Shown here piece after piece: positions 48,591 to 60,400 of a stretch of 64,000 nucleotides of DNA. Origin of the DNA: Marsupella aquatica (taxonomy: Eukaryota > Plantae > Marchantiophyta); contig OZ316895.1 in NCBI GenBank assembly GCA_973895155.1, positions 19,916,803 to 19,980,802 on the forward strand, written 5' to 3'. How positions within the stretch are numbered: the stretch's first letter is position 1; the number at the start of each line of letters is the position of its first letter. The position numbers were made by a program, and so were the translations under genes. The notes below the pieces were generated by a model that was not told the origin of the DNA, did no database searches, and saw only the letters and a list, made by a program, of their open reading frames with translations.

Positions 48591-51500
48591 TCAATTTGTT
48601 GGGTATGTGCATGTGCTGGTGCCTGCGCAGACCAAAGCCAACCGAGCAATCAGATTCAGTAACTGACTAAATCAGATCAATAGGGCCAGGACATATGCAA
48701 TGAAACTGGCAGCTTCCATCAAAGCAATGAGAGGCAGATAAGCACAATCGCCTGAAGTCTCTCAATGCATCGGGAGTCACGTCATTACCTCTCTGAGAAT
48801 ACAGGCAATTAAATCAGGCTTGCATGTCTTGTCTACCTATTACCTCTGCCAAACTTTGATTAGCCTAGCATGTATTTCTACCCGCAGGAATAGTAACAAC
48901 AAGGCAGTATGTGGGCGTCGTCAAGGATGCCTTTCAAATAAGCGAATTCAAGTCTACATCTTCACGCTGTATCCTGCTCTTGTCAGCTCCTACAACTGGG
49001 CCATAAGCGCTATCATTATAATATGCAATTAGAATTGATGCTGCGTGGGGTAAGGGAATCAAGTAGGACTTGAAGGAGCTAAGAATTGTGCAACATTACA
49101 AAACAAGAGATCCATAACGTCAGTTGATTTTCCCTACTTAATATCTGTGCATAAAGATGTGTCACAAACCTGGGGAGCTGCCACTACTTCTCGGCAGAGT
49201 TCCCCATCTCAGTCCGTCTTCTTCAGTAAGGATTGTTCCTAACCTATGCTGCCCAAAAGATTGAGCTACAGTACCGTGTAAAGTATCCAAAGAGACTAAG
49301 GGCTCCTTTCCGAACTATGTTCCTCGACGACCTTCCTCTCTACTTACGATAGCAAATACTGCTTTAAAATTAACAAATCTATGAAAGCTGACATAGCTCT
49401 CTTGTTTACATCCAGGACTTTAGGAGTATCCTTATTCCAGGTTTCTGATCATAAATGTCTTATTAATACAGGACGAGATTTGTTTCCGAGAAGTCATACA
49501 TCTCGACGACAATCACTGATTGAATAGAAACGTACGTGCAAGAAATGGGATCTGGAAACTTACTGGGAGATGTAGAGTTCACGATTGCGTTCCCACCAAA
49601 GAAGCACGTACTCGACGTCCTTCCATTCTTTTGATAAAATGAATTAAATGCATAGCTCGCATGGGCCCAAATTGTATTGGGATTGAAGCAGGAGTGCCCT
49701 GGTTGAAGGGGCTGGCAATCCGCACCACCAGGCCCACATGCATAATCCAAAGCGCTTTGCAACGACGAAGAACTTGCATCAACCTTGGCTATGCAGTAGC
49801 TGGTAACACCCGAATTTGTATCAGGCCCAGGAGGTGGGGAAGCGGTCTCAGGGCCGCCACCCGGGATGGGGCTCGGCTGAGGGCTGTAATTAAAGGGCCC
49901 GTCATTTGCGCTGGAGTCTCCAGAGGTAAAGTTCAAATTGTAGACAGGGTGCATAGTGGGATAGAACAACCCATAATTCCTCTCGGAGCTTGGCCCAGGC
50001 TTCATATTCTCATTGAAGAGTGCAAAGATGTAGGCTTCAATGGTCACAGTGGGCTTCATCGGAGTTCCCTTGCCTGACAATATTGCCTTCACCAAGTTGC
50101 CATTATAATCTTGTGCGTTTTCTATGCTGGCACCGAGTTCCGAAGCATCCCCCATAGAGGGCCAGCCAGTCTCTGTCACAACAACAGGTAAGTTGATAAA
50201 ATCCTTGTTCAGAGCCGTCATGGCGGCATAGAAGGAGTCCAACTGTGCATCAAAGAGGCTCATATACTGTAGCCCGGTTGTCGGATCTGTTACTCGCTGG
50301 GAGGGAAGAAAGAGGGCATAATTCAGAGGAACCTGTGCAGGGTTGGAGCTGTAGGCGAAGAATGGATACACATTGACCATCACGTAAGATCCTGTGACCA
50401 AGATAAAATTGAGAAGCGGTTGAAGGGTGGAAGTTGCATAACTCGTATTGAATTGCCCTGCGGAAGGTGGGTAGGAGTTTGTCAGGATGCCCAGGGAGTG
50501 AGGGGTGGAAACCTTCACTACGTTGTCGAGCTTCAAATTCACTAATGCGGAGTGCAGGTTATTCATAGCTTGAAGGAGACTGCCTGCAAGGTTAGGTGCC
50601 ATGGTGAGCACCTCGTTTCCAACAGCCACTCCTACAATCTGGGTGGCTGGGTAGTAATTTGCAACATTCTCCTGCACCCAATTGAACGCTGCACTTGTAC
50701 TGGAGGCCATCTGGTTCAGCTGCTGATTTGGGAGGCCGATGACTAGCTCAATTTGTGTATGGGCGAATGCCTGGATCACAGTTGCATTTGCATCATATAT
50801 CTTCACCTTTCCAATTCCCTGCTCAACAAGGAAATTTGCCACCTCAGTTGGTGTTGGCAGGTCGTTGGCCACTTGTCCATAGTTAACTCCAACGCTCCGG
50901 GCCCCTGCAGGCGAAACAGCAAGCAGACACTAATCAGAAATTTAGGCCCACTGTATCTTGGAAAATTTCCCATCTCTTGGCAAATTTGTTCTTAAAGGGC
51001 TACCTTTTATTAGACAATGCGCATAGGAGACGACTACTTCTTCTACTCGCACTCAGGAAGGACGAGACGACTTTCAGCGTTACGTTCTCTCTGACCAATT
51101 TCTGGTCAGCGAATTCTTTGTAGAGATAATGGACCAACTGGCATGCATGCTGCGAACTTTAAAGCTGATACTCTTGACCAGTCCAATCTTCGGATCGACA
51201 AGTCAAGATTCGCAAAGAACGAATAGCATTGCTTCGTCGGTAACGTAGTCATGGGGAGAATAAGGAGAGACGGATATTGTGGCCTCTCCTCATCATTTTG
51301 GAGCCAATACCAAGATGGCGAGAGTACTCGTTCTGGTTCTGTTCGTCCCTGACACCTCCCTCGGCGCACGTCACCGGCACTAGATCGCTAATTCTACTTC
51401 TCCACCTCCTCCTGCTTTGGTTTGGCCCCCTGGCAGCAGCAAGTACCGGCAAAGGACTGCTTTTGGCCGAGACCGAGTCGAATAGTACCACTCTAAGCTG

Positions 51501-52947
51501 CGGAGATTGTGGTGCTGTCGAAGGTCAAGCTTGAGAACCGTCCTAGCTGATTGGCGAGAAATCTGTGGGCAAGTGCAAAGTCCGAATCTATCAGGACCCA
51601 CATTCAAGGCTCCACTTTCCCTAAGCTTAGCACTCGCACTGCTCAAAATTGCCGACCTTGGGAAACTGCTCACTCCTATCTGTTGTCCGTCTATGTTCTA
51701 CTCAACAGACAGGGTCAGGGGCACCCGAGCTCTCGCGGCTCGTCGATCGACCTATAGAACTTTAATCTTGGGAGAAACCAGCTCAATGGGACTGTTCTAT
51801 CCACATTCACACCAATAATTGAGGGCCTCAGCCTAGCCCACATTCAGCTACAGTAAGTGGCAACATTCATCTGTCGCAGAAGTCGATCATTGTCAGCATC
51901 CGAATCTTACCACGTTGGAAAGTTCCCCGCGCCAGAGGGAGTCTTTCATGTCTTACTGCAAACAACGGAAATCCTGCTCTATGCTACTGATCGCATCCAC
52001 AGGCACAGATCGTCTAGGATTTCCATGGGATGGCACCTTGAGAAGGTTCCAAGGGTAGTAACAGCGCCTGCGAACTAGCTAGAGCAGATGTGCATCAAGG
52101 AAAACGAGAGAGGAGACACATTACAATCGAAGCATTCGGGTATAATGTAAGTTGATATCAAAACTGCAACGCCGGCAGAACCAACTCTGTATGCCACGAC
52201 AATGTGGACTTCAACAGGGAACAACAACGCAGCCGCATTCGAAGAAACAACTCAAGGATGCAAAACTGGGCATTCCCTCGTATTCAACCACATCCAGCAG
52301 CTCTAGTCTACAGCAGGAGCTCGCAGACTACGTTACAATTACTGGGAGTAGAACCGATGCTGTCCTATACCCGTAAGAGCATCAGCACAGGGGAATGCTG
52401 GCGACACGCAACGCATTCAACGCTCTACCGGAAATCCATATCCTACCCAGTAACTTCAGACAAACAGTACAACAATAGTGCTGATTCCCTCGATGGAATC
52501 TCTTGACATTCACAGATCCAAAAGACGAATCGGACATTGAACTCACGGTAATTTATAACCATAGCATCTCATAATGCCGATGCACTCATAACCGTTCAGT
52601 ATCTTTAACTGATCTTCAGGCAAGACAGATGCGTTCCATCAAAAGCTGAGCGAAAAAGTAAGAGTGATCTGACTCTACAATTAGATTCAAGAAAATATGG
52701 TCCTCCGGGCATTCGTAGTGGACACATTGATCCATCCAGCCACGCAGTGCAGTGCAGTTAGCGAATGCACTCTTCAAACGAAACCATCCATAGCCAACCG
52801 GACTAAACAGCCCACATTGAGACACAATCAGGAGCATAGGGGAGGGAATCCGGAGGCAATGTACGTACATGTGGTGGTGGCTGAGAGCACGGCAACAGTG
52901 CAAATCATTCCCCAGATCAATACGAACGAAGCCCCAGGCCCTGCCAT
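48591..52947 (-). CDS. Glucan endo-1,3-beta-glucosidase, GH17 + X8/CBM43 (483 aa, 3 exons, secreted, no GPI tail evident)
   Basis: Exons 52947-52869 (signal peptide MAGPGASFVLIWGMICTVAVLSATTT), 50904-49564 (VGVNYG, VGNEV, VTETGWPS, FALFNE, Pro-rich linker, X8 YCIAK..ALDYACG) and 48622-48591 (STSTCTYPTN*). All junctions are phase 1. Confidence 0.93.
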
Positions 52948-53113
52948 TTCTCTTCCGGTCAATTCCCTTCCGACTGTTCAATTCTATTTCACCAAGGCCA
53001 AAGCCGGTTGAAACCCACCGCGACAAAGAGGAGCACCTCAACGACTCCAATGCCAAAGCTGCCTTAGCTCAGCTAACTTAAGCACTACGATTCTGCCCTC
53101 ACTCTCTTGTCTA

Positions 53114-53137
53114 TCACTCTCACTCTCACTCTCACTC
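53114..53137. repeat. (TCACTC)4 microsatellite in the GH17 5' region
   Basis: Direct reading. Confidence 0.85.
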
Positions 53138-53187
53138 AGCAATGCGTCACTTCTATGTGGAATTGGTGGGTTGTGTGACAGCCCAGC

Positions 53188-53360
53188 CGGGTTCAGAAAA
53201 GCAGAGCTGAGCTCAGTCCAATGTAGAAGAGCAGAGCAGAGCAAGGCCGGGGCTCAGATAGCAGAGCTGAGCGGACCTCAATCCAATAATGGAGACGAGA
53301 AGAGCAGGGCGGGGCTCAGAAGGCAGAGCACAGCTCCGTCCAATGCAGAACAGCAGGGGA
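53188..53360. promoter_or_regulatory. ~60-bp degenerate repeat x3, each with a CCAAT, upstream of the GH17 gene
   Basis: GGG.TCAGA..GCAGAGC..AGC...TCCAAT..AGAA.AGCAG units, CCAAT at 53218, 53283 and 53340. A regulatory role is inferred. Confidence 0.5.
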
Positions 53361-53445
53361 ACGGAAGGCCGTCGATTGCAGAGCTAAGAACAGGCTACAG
53401 AATGATGAAGGAGAAACAACTCCCAGCATTGCAGAATCACAGTAG

Positions 53446-53767
53446 CAGAAGCCTCTCTCTTCAGGGAAAGGACAGGGACTGGTGGTACCACTACTACTCC
53501 CTCATGTGGAGCTTTGGACCTGCTTCTTGACAGAGAGCTGATTCGTCCGTTGGAGCTCGTTGTTATTCTCCACAGTCCCCACTCATCATCAGGCAGCTCT
53601 CCAGAATCAAAGCGCAGAAGCCTCTCTTCAGGGACAGGACAGGGACTGGTGGTAGCACTACTCTCTCATGTGTAGCTTTGGACTTTCGTCTGCAGAGAGA
53701 GCTGATTCGTCCGTTGCAGCATGTTGTTATTCTCCAGAGTCCCCCACTCATCATCATGCAGCTCTCT
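53446..53767. repeat. ~169-bp degenerate tandem duplication
   Basis: CAGAAGCCTCTC..AGGACAGGGACTGGTGGTA..AGAGAGCTGATTCGTCCGTTG..GTCCCCACTCATCATCA at 53446 and 53615. Confidence 0.9.
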
Positions 53768-55267
53768 CATGTGGCATCCCGAAGCTCCTTCTCTTGTTCT
53801 CCCCACTCAGAATGCCGCATTGCATCCCGAAGCCTCTGACACCCAGAGCTCCTCATTCATCACTCCTGTCCTAGAGTCCTCTGCATTGCACCAGCTTGGC
53901 ATGGATCCTCCCATCTCCTGATCTCCTGCCGTAGCCGCCCTTCTGCATTTCCTTTCCCTGGTACTGTACCTCATTGAACGATTAATTATTTATTGATTGC
54001 ATGTCGCTAGCTGGCCCGCCTCAAACTACGGTGGCCAAAACTTGGTGTCGTCCAATTTTGAGTAATGTGAGGTGTAACCGCGGTCATTGTTGGTCGGTAA
54101 ACTACCACCAGGCAAAGTAAGAAAGTTATAAAAGCCCAAGGGAAACTACTGTAGAGTTGGGGTCTAGACTTAGGGGGTGAAACCTATGAAACGTTTTAGA
54201 CAGTGACTCTAGGGCCCCATCACAACATATTTACGTGCATGTAAAGTAGGATGTGTATAAATAGGAGTATCGTATATTATGTATAATGTATGTATATGTA
54301 TACTAGCCCCCACTACTCCTTTGAACGAGAATAAAGGGGTATACCATAAAAATATCATCAAAATATATACCTTGTTCATATTAATGATAAAAAAAATATG
54401 AAACATGTCATCATTTTAAGAATTATATATAATATACCATACTCTTTACGTATCTTTTGTCCTTTTCAAAATTTCTAGCTCCACAATGTGTCACATCATC
54501 ATGGCACAATGCAAACACGAAAATACTTGTTTTTGGATAAAATTAAGTTTTGAATTCATGTTTGTGGCAACTTCTTTGTAAAAATTGGGATGCTATACCT
54601 TAAAAGAGAATGTAAAAAGACCTACATGCAAATCAAAAGATTAAAAGATTGCAGTAAAACTGTTCCATGTAATCATTTTATTTACATTTTGATTTTATTC
54701 AAAACATAAAATTTTCCCAGTAACAATTTTTGATTTGATATTGCTGAGTCAAATCATAATGAAAACTCACGTATAATATGAAGTTGGAAAGATCTTGAAG
54801 AGACGGTCCTAATGAGCTAAGGATTGTCAACATTCAGTAAAAATTGAGTAAGTAATTTGAAAAACATATTTTACCCGTGACTTTACAATCTTTGACGTGA
54901 ATAAAAATCTTTGTTGCACAACCTTCAAAATGTTGATCCCTTCCATGAGAATGAACCCTAAAATTGACAGATTTTATCAAATACTAAGGAGATTCTGAGT
55001 TTTAGAATTTCTTTAGCTTTTTAATGAGATGTGGTACCTAATAAATTGATTGATGGACTTGACTGATAACTTATGGTAAACTTAGTTTTGCAACTTGGTA
55101 GATTGTATCCTCAATATTCATATCATTGGTGGTGACAGTAGTAACTATTGTTTTGAGTTGGAGGGGTGCTCTTTTTGCATATTTGTTGATATCTTAATTT
55201 TCATTTGGCTCGTTTTTTCCTTTGGCCTTGTAGTCTTTGTCCAATATTTTTCACTCTCGTTTGATAG

Positions 55268-55728
55268 TAAAAGCAAATGAAACAAGCGTACTGAAATCAA
55301 ACTGAAAAACCAAATGAGAAAAAGCAAATGAGGTGGTATGTACGTAGCGGAGGTATAAACCTCTGTATATATAAGGTGTACGAGAAACAAGCGTACTGAA
55401 ATCAAACTGAAAAACCAACGGGATGCCAAGATCGACCAGGAGCATCTAATGAATCACTATCTAGATCCCGTATACGGAAGCGACGAGCACCTGAATAACT
55501 TTGTCTCAACAGCGATTCAAGAAGAACTGAAAACGACAAAGAAATACATGCCCTAAGTAAGCCAAGTTCCGACATCACACTAACAAGCGTGTTTGCTTCA
55601 AGAACGACCCAAACTTGCTTCAAGCACATGTCACTAACTCAAGTACTAGCCCTAACTACATACCTACGGGCATGCGAGGGACATGCCGATGTGCACAAGA
55701 GGCACTGCATGTCCCTCGGCATGACAAC
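55268..55728 (-). mobile_element. Unclassified ~460-bp insertion (LTR-like) with internal ~35-bp direct repeat and terminal hairpin
   Basis: TTTGATAG direct repeats at 55260-55267 and 55729-55736, GAAACAAGCGTACTGAAATCAAACTGAAAAACCAA twice, hairpin at 55671-55723. Confidence 0.4.
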
Positions 55729-57430
55729 TTTGATAGACCTTGTATGTTGTTTAAGAAGCTCAAATGAGTTCAACTTGGCAAGCTTGGTTGGACCTTCCCA
55801 GTCTGTCTTGCTTTACTCCAACAATATGTTTTACACTTGTGACCCAAAAGGCATATGTAAATGGTCATGATCCCTTTTAAAAGTATTTTTCAGTTGTTCT
55901 ACCTAGTACTTTTTGGCAACAAGTGATAGTCTGTTGTGCTTGTTTTGTTGCTTACATTGGTTTTCAGCAAGTACAAAGATAGCTTTGCTGTCCTCTTAGT
56001 CTCTCTTAGTTTCCATAATTTGTCTATCATAGTATGCACCATCATTAATTCACATATAAAAGGCAAGCCCATTTGCACATTGAAAGCACAGTAAAATTGC
56101 AAATAGGCAATCAAAAAATTTGTGTTTTTCATCGGGTTGTGCTGGACAAACCTTAGATGCTATAAAATATCTTTTCAGGGGTCCTTTTTTAATATATTTA
56201 TAATTTAATTAATGTAAATTAAAGGTGTTTTCAAGAATATTATATCTTATTTTTTAAAGTGGATATCTGGGAGAGTTATTATTAGGAGAATAAATACATT
56301 AACATACCAAAAACTTTTGTCAGTCCCATGGCCAAAAATATTTCTAAGGCAAAAGCAGGCCGGATACCAATTTCACAACCCCACCGCATTCAAGAGAAAA
56401 TGATTGTGTCTTCCGAACGTCAAACACTGGCAAAATCAAATGAATGCAAAAGTGAGATGCAACGTATTCCATTTTGCATTCACCTCACATTGTGGGGGAC
56501 CAAAAAAGAGTGATGGTGGGTAAAACCAGCTGTTACTGAACCACTGAGAATTTCTTCCTAATTTATGCTTTATCATGGCTATATTTAACCCAATGCAATA
56601 CTACATACTATAGTTAGAAACCAACCACAATTAGCATCTACAACATGAACTGAGGTGCTTACTGAGAACCAAATCCAGACCCATACAGCCGTTTGGAAAG
56701 TTCTCATCGTAGAATTTTGAATTGGTCCATCACATGCCTACAGTGGTTGGGATTTAACTAAGATATGGTCACTGAAGTATTTTAATGATTTTTTTTTTCT
56801 TTTCTGAAAATCCATTTTGTCTAGAGCGAGAGAAAATGGGATCCATGGAAGCTCTTGGAATTACAGACATGGAAATTGATAAACGGGGAGAGAATCCATG
56901 TGTTGAAAGCAAACACCTCAGCCTTCACTTTATGTAAACTAATAAAATCTACCTATGAACAGACAGCCTCCCCTATTTACACATTGTTATGTAACTTTCA
57001 CTACAAAAATTCCCCTTTGTTATCGGTGAAAGTTTTATTTAATAATAAATAGTTTAAAATGCATTTAAAACACCCTTTTGTTGTTGTTCCCACACCCTCT
57101 CCAGATTACATAAGCTATGGGCCCACAAAATACTGGGATCCCACCTCGGATGAATATTATGACACTGGAATTAATAAGTTACAAGATGTGCTCAAGTAAG
57201 TTTAACTCACTGCATTCAACAACTGTAGTTGACAACAATGTTTACATAGTAGCTGGTTTCACCTTGGATTAAAGCTTAATCATGGTTTAACTTTTTTAAT
57301 CCACTGATGCACTAAACAAATTTGGAAGTAAGAATTTTCCCGTTTGAATGTGGAACCGGATATGTCATATCCCACTTGGACTTTGCCCTTCTAGGGACAG
57401 AAGGGGGAATGGTCGTTTGGGGTTATGGAG

Positions 57431-60400
57431 TTATGGTCCAGTCTTGGGGTCTTTTGAGTCACCTTGCAATTTGGAGCTTGGTGTGGGGTGAGCAACTTTG
57501 GGTGCTCTAGGTGTGCTAGGAGAAGAGGAGCCCCCACCTCTTGGGGTGTGAGGAGGTCCAGGGGAGTTAGAACGCTGTTTAACGTTAGGATCAAATCTCG
57601 TGGGCTTGGAGGCCGCCCGAGTAGAATGGGGACTACCAGCTTTTGAGGTTCTCGGAGTGGTTGTTTTGGTGGTGGGAGTGGAGCTCCTGCCGCTAGGGTG
57701 CATTTTTTGAAGGGGGTGGGGGGAATCCTGAGGAGAATATGGATCCTTTTCAGCTGAGCCTTCTTTGACAGCAGCCCAAATATTTTTCCCCTTCTTTGTG
57801 GTCCTCTGGACCTTCTCCTTGGGGCTGCTGGCCCCGGGCCCGGACACCAGGATTTTTCGTTCTTCGGCATGTTTTGCCAAGTTTGCCCTCACAGCTTTGA
57901 GCCGAACGTCTTCAGGTCTTCTTGCTTTTGCTGGTGCTGGTGCTTTTGCTTTTTGTTCGTGTTTCTTTCCTTCGGCTTTCTGCTGTTGTGGTAGTACTCC
58001 TGGTGGTGGCCTCAAAGATGCCCGTCTGGCCGCCACAGTCGTGGGTGCACCACTCACCAGAGGTGCACCTTGTTCAAACATCAACGATTTTCCTGCAATA
58101 TCATCGTCCAACACTTTCACAAGTCAGCAAGGTCCCTCACGCGGAGACATAGGGACCTGTGGACAAGCCTTCAACGTTGTATACAGTAGAGAACTGACCG
58201 AACTCATAGATATACATTTGGAGCTAGGATTCCCGAAGGGCTGTCCATGTTTTGAGGAAACTCTTACTCAAAGACTGGGAGATGGAGTGGTTAGAGAGGT
58301 TAATAGACTGCATACGTTGAGGAGGGTTAGGGCCCTGCGCGATAGGAACTACTACTGCTTCAGAGGTGTCCGTATGACGAGTCACTACTTGAAATCCACT
58401 GCTCCGTCGTCGGCCATCTCTTCCCAAGGATTCTGCCGTACCAAGGTCCTCCAGTTCATCGTCATTCACCACCTCTCTCCATGTCAATCTCCGAGGCTTC
58501 AACTGTCTGTCGCCGACCTTCCCCTTTGCTGGTTGAACTGTCACCGGAGTATTTGCATCAGTTAATTCTGTACTGCCCACAATTCCTGGAGGTTTGGATA
58601 AATCTCCACCTTCAAGTCCAACTGTTCCTTTTGCATCTGCTATCTCCTTCTGTAAAGGAGAAGGGCCGTGATCATCTTCAGGGAGTTCCAGACTGGAGCG
58701 TCTATCAATCACTGGCGCAGTTATTTGCTCCACATAGTCTGGAGCGTCTGGGAAGAAATATCCGTCTGTCCAGCCGTGTTCTATCTCCCTCATGACTTCG
58801 AAGTCTGCAGGAGCTTTCTGGTTGCGAAAGACCTCGAAAGTACAATATGGAAGAATAGATACTACTGGACACAACACGAGGAGCAGCCAAAAGAATGAAC
58901 TTTGAGTGACAACTTGGCCAACCCCTGCAAGGTCCGGAAAGAAGCCACTCAACCTCCATGAATGGGATAGGCAGAAAAGCACAAGTAGCCAAATGCTGGT
59001 GGAAATATTGAACGCAGCAAAATGGAACCATGTGAGATTGTGCATGCGAGAGATCATCTTCAGGTTGACGATGAACACAGCCATCGTATAAACAGTACTT
59101 CCCAGCGCTCGGGTGTCGATCGTCTCTCCGCATTTTCTGCGGATTAATTAGTTCGGGATTCAGAAGTAACAATTGGGCTTAATTTTGACCAAGTTCTGAC
59201 TTGCTTTATAACTACGGTAGACGGGGCTTCAAGTAGCAATAAAATGACACGCTTATAACGTCCATTGGGGTGATTTGCATTTTCCTATTTCTCCCTTAGT
59301 ACACCTGAATCTCAGGTCTTGACTTCGTCCTTGCACAAAGGAAATGTTAGAACCCTTCATGAAAAGATCATCACGTTAGACAAGTGAAAATTCTAATACG
59401 TTTCTGGCGAGAGAGAATTACCCAGAGGCAAAAGCCGCAGCAAGAGGGAGGAAAAACGCAATAAGAGAATCCCAAAATGCGGAGAGTGCCCAACCAGTCA
59501 AGCACCAGAAGAATTGCGGTCTCCTTTCCTGCTGTGATTCCATATAAAGTTGAGGATTGTTTTCTGCTGTACAATCACTTAAATCCTTGTTGATCACAGC
59601 AAAGGCTATGGTGGGCAGAGATGTCCATACGAGATTAAATGTAGCTATCTCAACTGTCTCATAGAGAGCCTCAGACGAGAATCCGCTGTAGAAAGCTAAA
59701 TATGCGTTCCCTAGAGAATATACAATATTTTTGTAAAAGGCATACATCACTATCTCCCTGTTTCGCTTGTATGACCATCTTCCATGAACAAGGAGAAGGC
59801 GACGAAGATAGCGGAATCTTGTGATAGAGTAATCACTAGCCAAGACTGCTGCCATTCCTTCGCGACCACCTATTCCAACTCCAATTTGAGCCGCTTTTAT
59901 CATCCCGCAATCATTGGCGCCATCCCCTATGGCAAGTATAACTGAGTTTCCGTGCTCTTTCAACAACATGGTTACCTGCCACATCAAGCTAGATATTGAA
60001 AACAATTGAGGATGAATGTCCTAATGTGAAACTTGTATTCGCTACAATGACCACATTCATAATTGTTGGCTAAGGGTCGCAATGGGCCTCTTTGCCGGAG
60101 CGCTGCTTCGTGAGATCAATATCATCTTAAGTACTTTGTAAGTGGTTGCTGATTCCAGTACTGTACCAAGCTGGGCAAGTGAAGGTGTTGATAGTGAATC
60201 CAGTTGAAGCAGTCAACATTCAATAAGTATTTCAGACGAATCATTTTCATAACTACTCGACTAGCCTTTTATTATTTTCATTCTGAATATTGCTCCACCA
60301 ATTCTCATGCCAATAAGTCTGGCCTTTTCCAAAAATCCTACATGTCGGGCTTCTTCAAAGACTCCCTATAATGTGACTGTCAGCAAATGACACAAGTCTT

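Noticed and set aside
49463-49563. ORF-track C-terminus of GH17 (SKFPDPISCTY...)
   Set aside because: Read-through into an intron. The strong GTAAGT donor and a phase-matched exon at 48622-48591 complete the X8 domain.
49990-50010. miR166-like site in GH17 mRNA (MKPGP codons)
   Set aside because: About six mismatches to miR166, including positions 2 and 5. Explained by the conserved KPGP protein motif.
51277-51534. Antisense ORF with a hydrophobic stretch in GH17 intron 1
   Set aside because: No ATG in that frame, nearby ATGs give short unrelated peptides, and no family is recognised.
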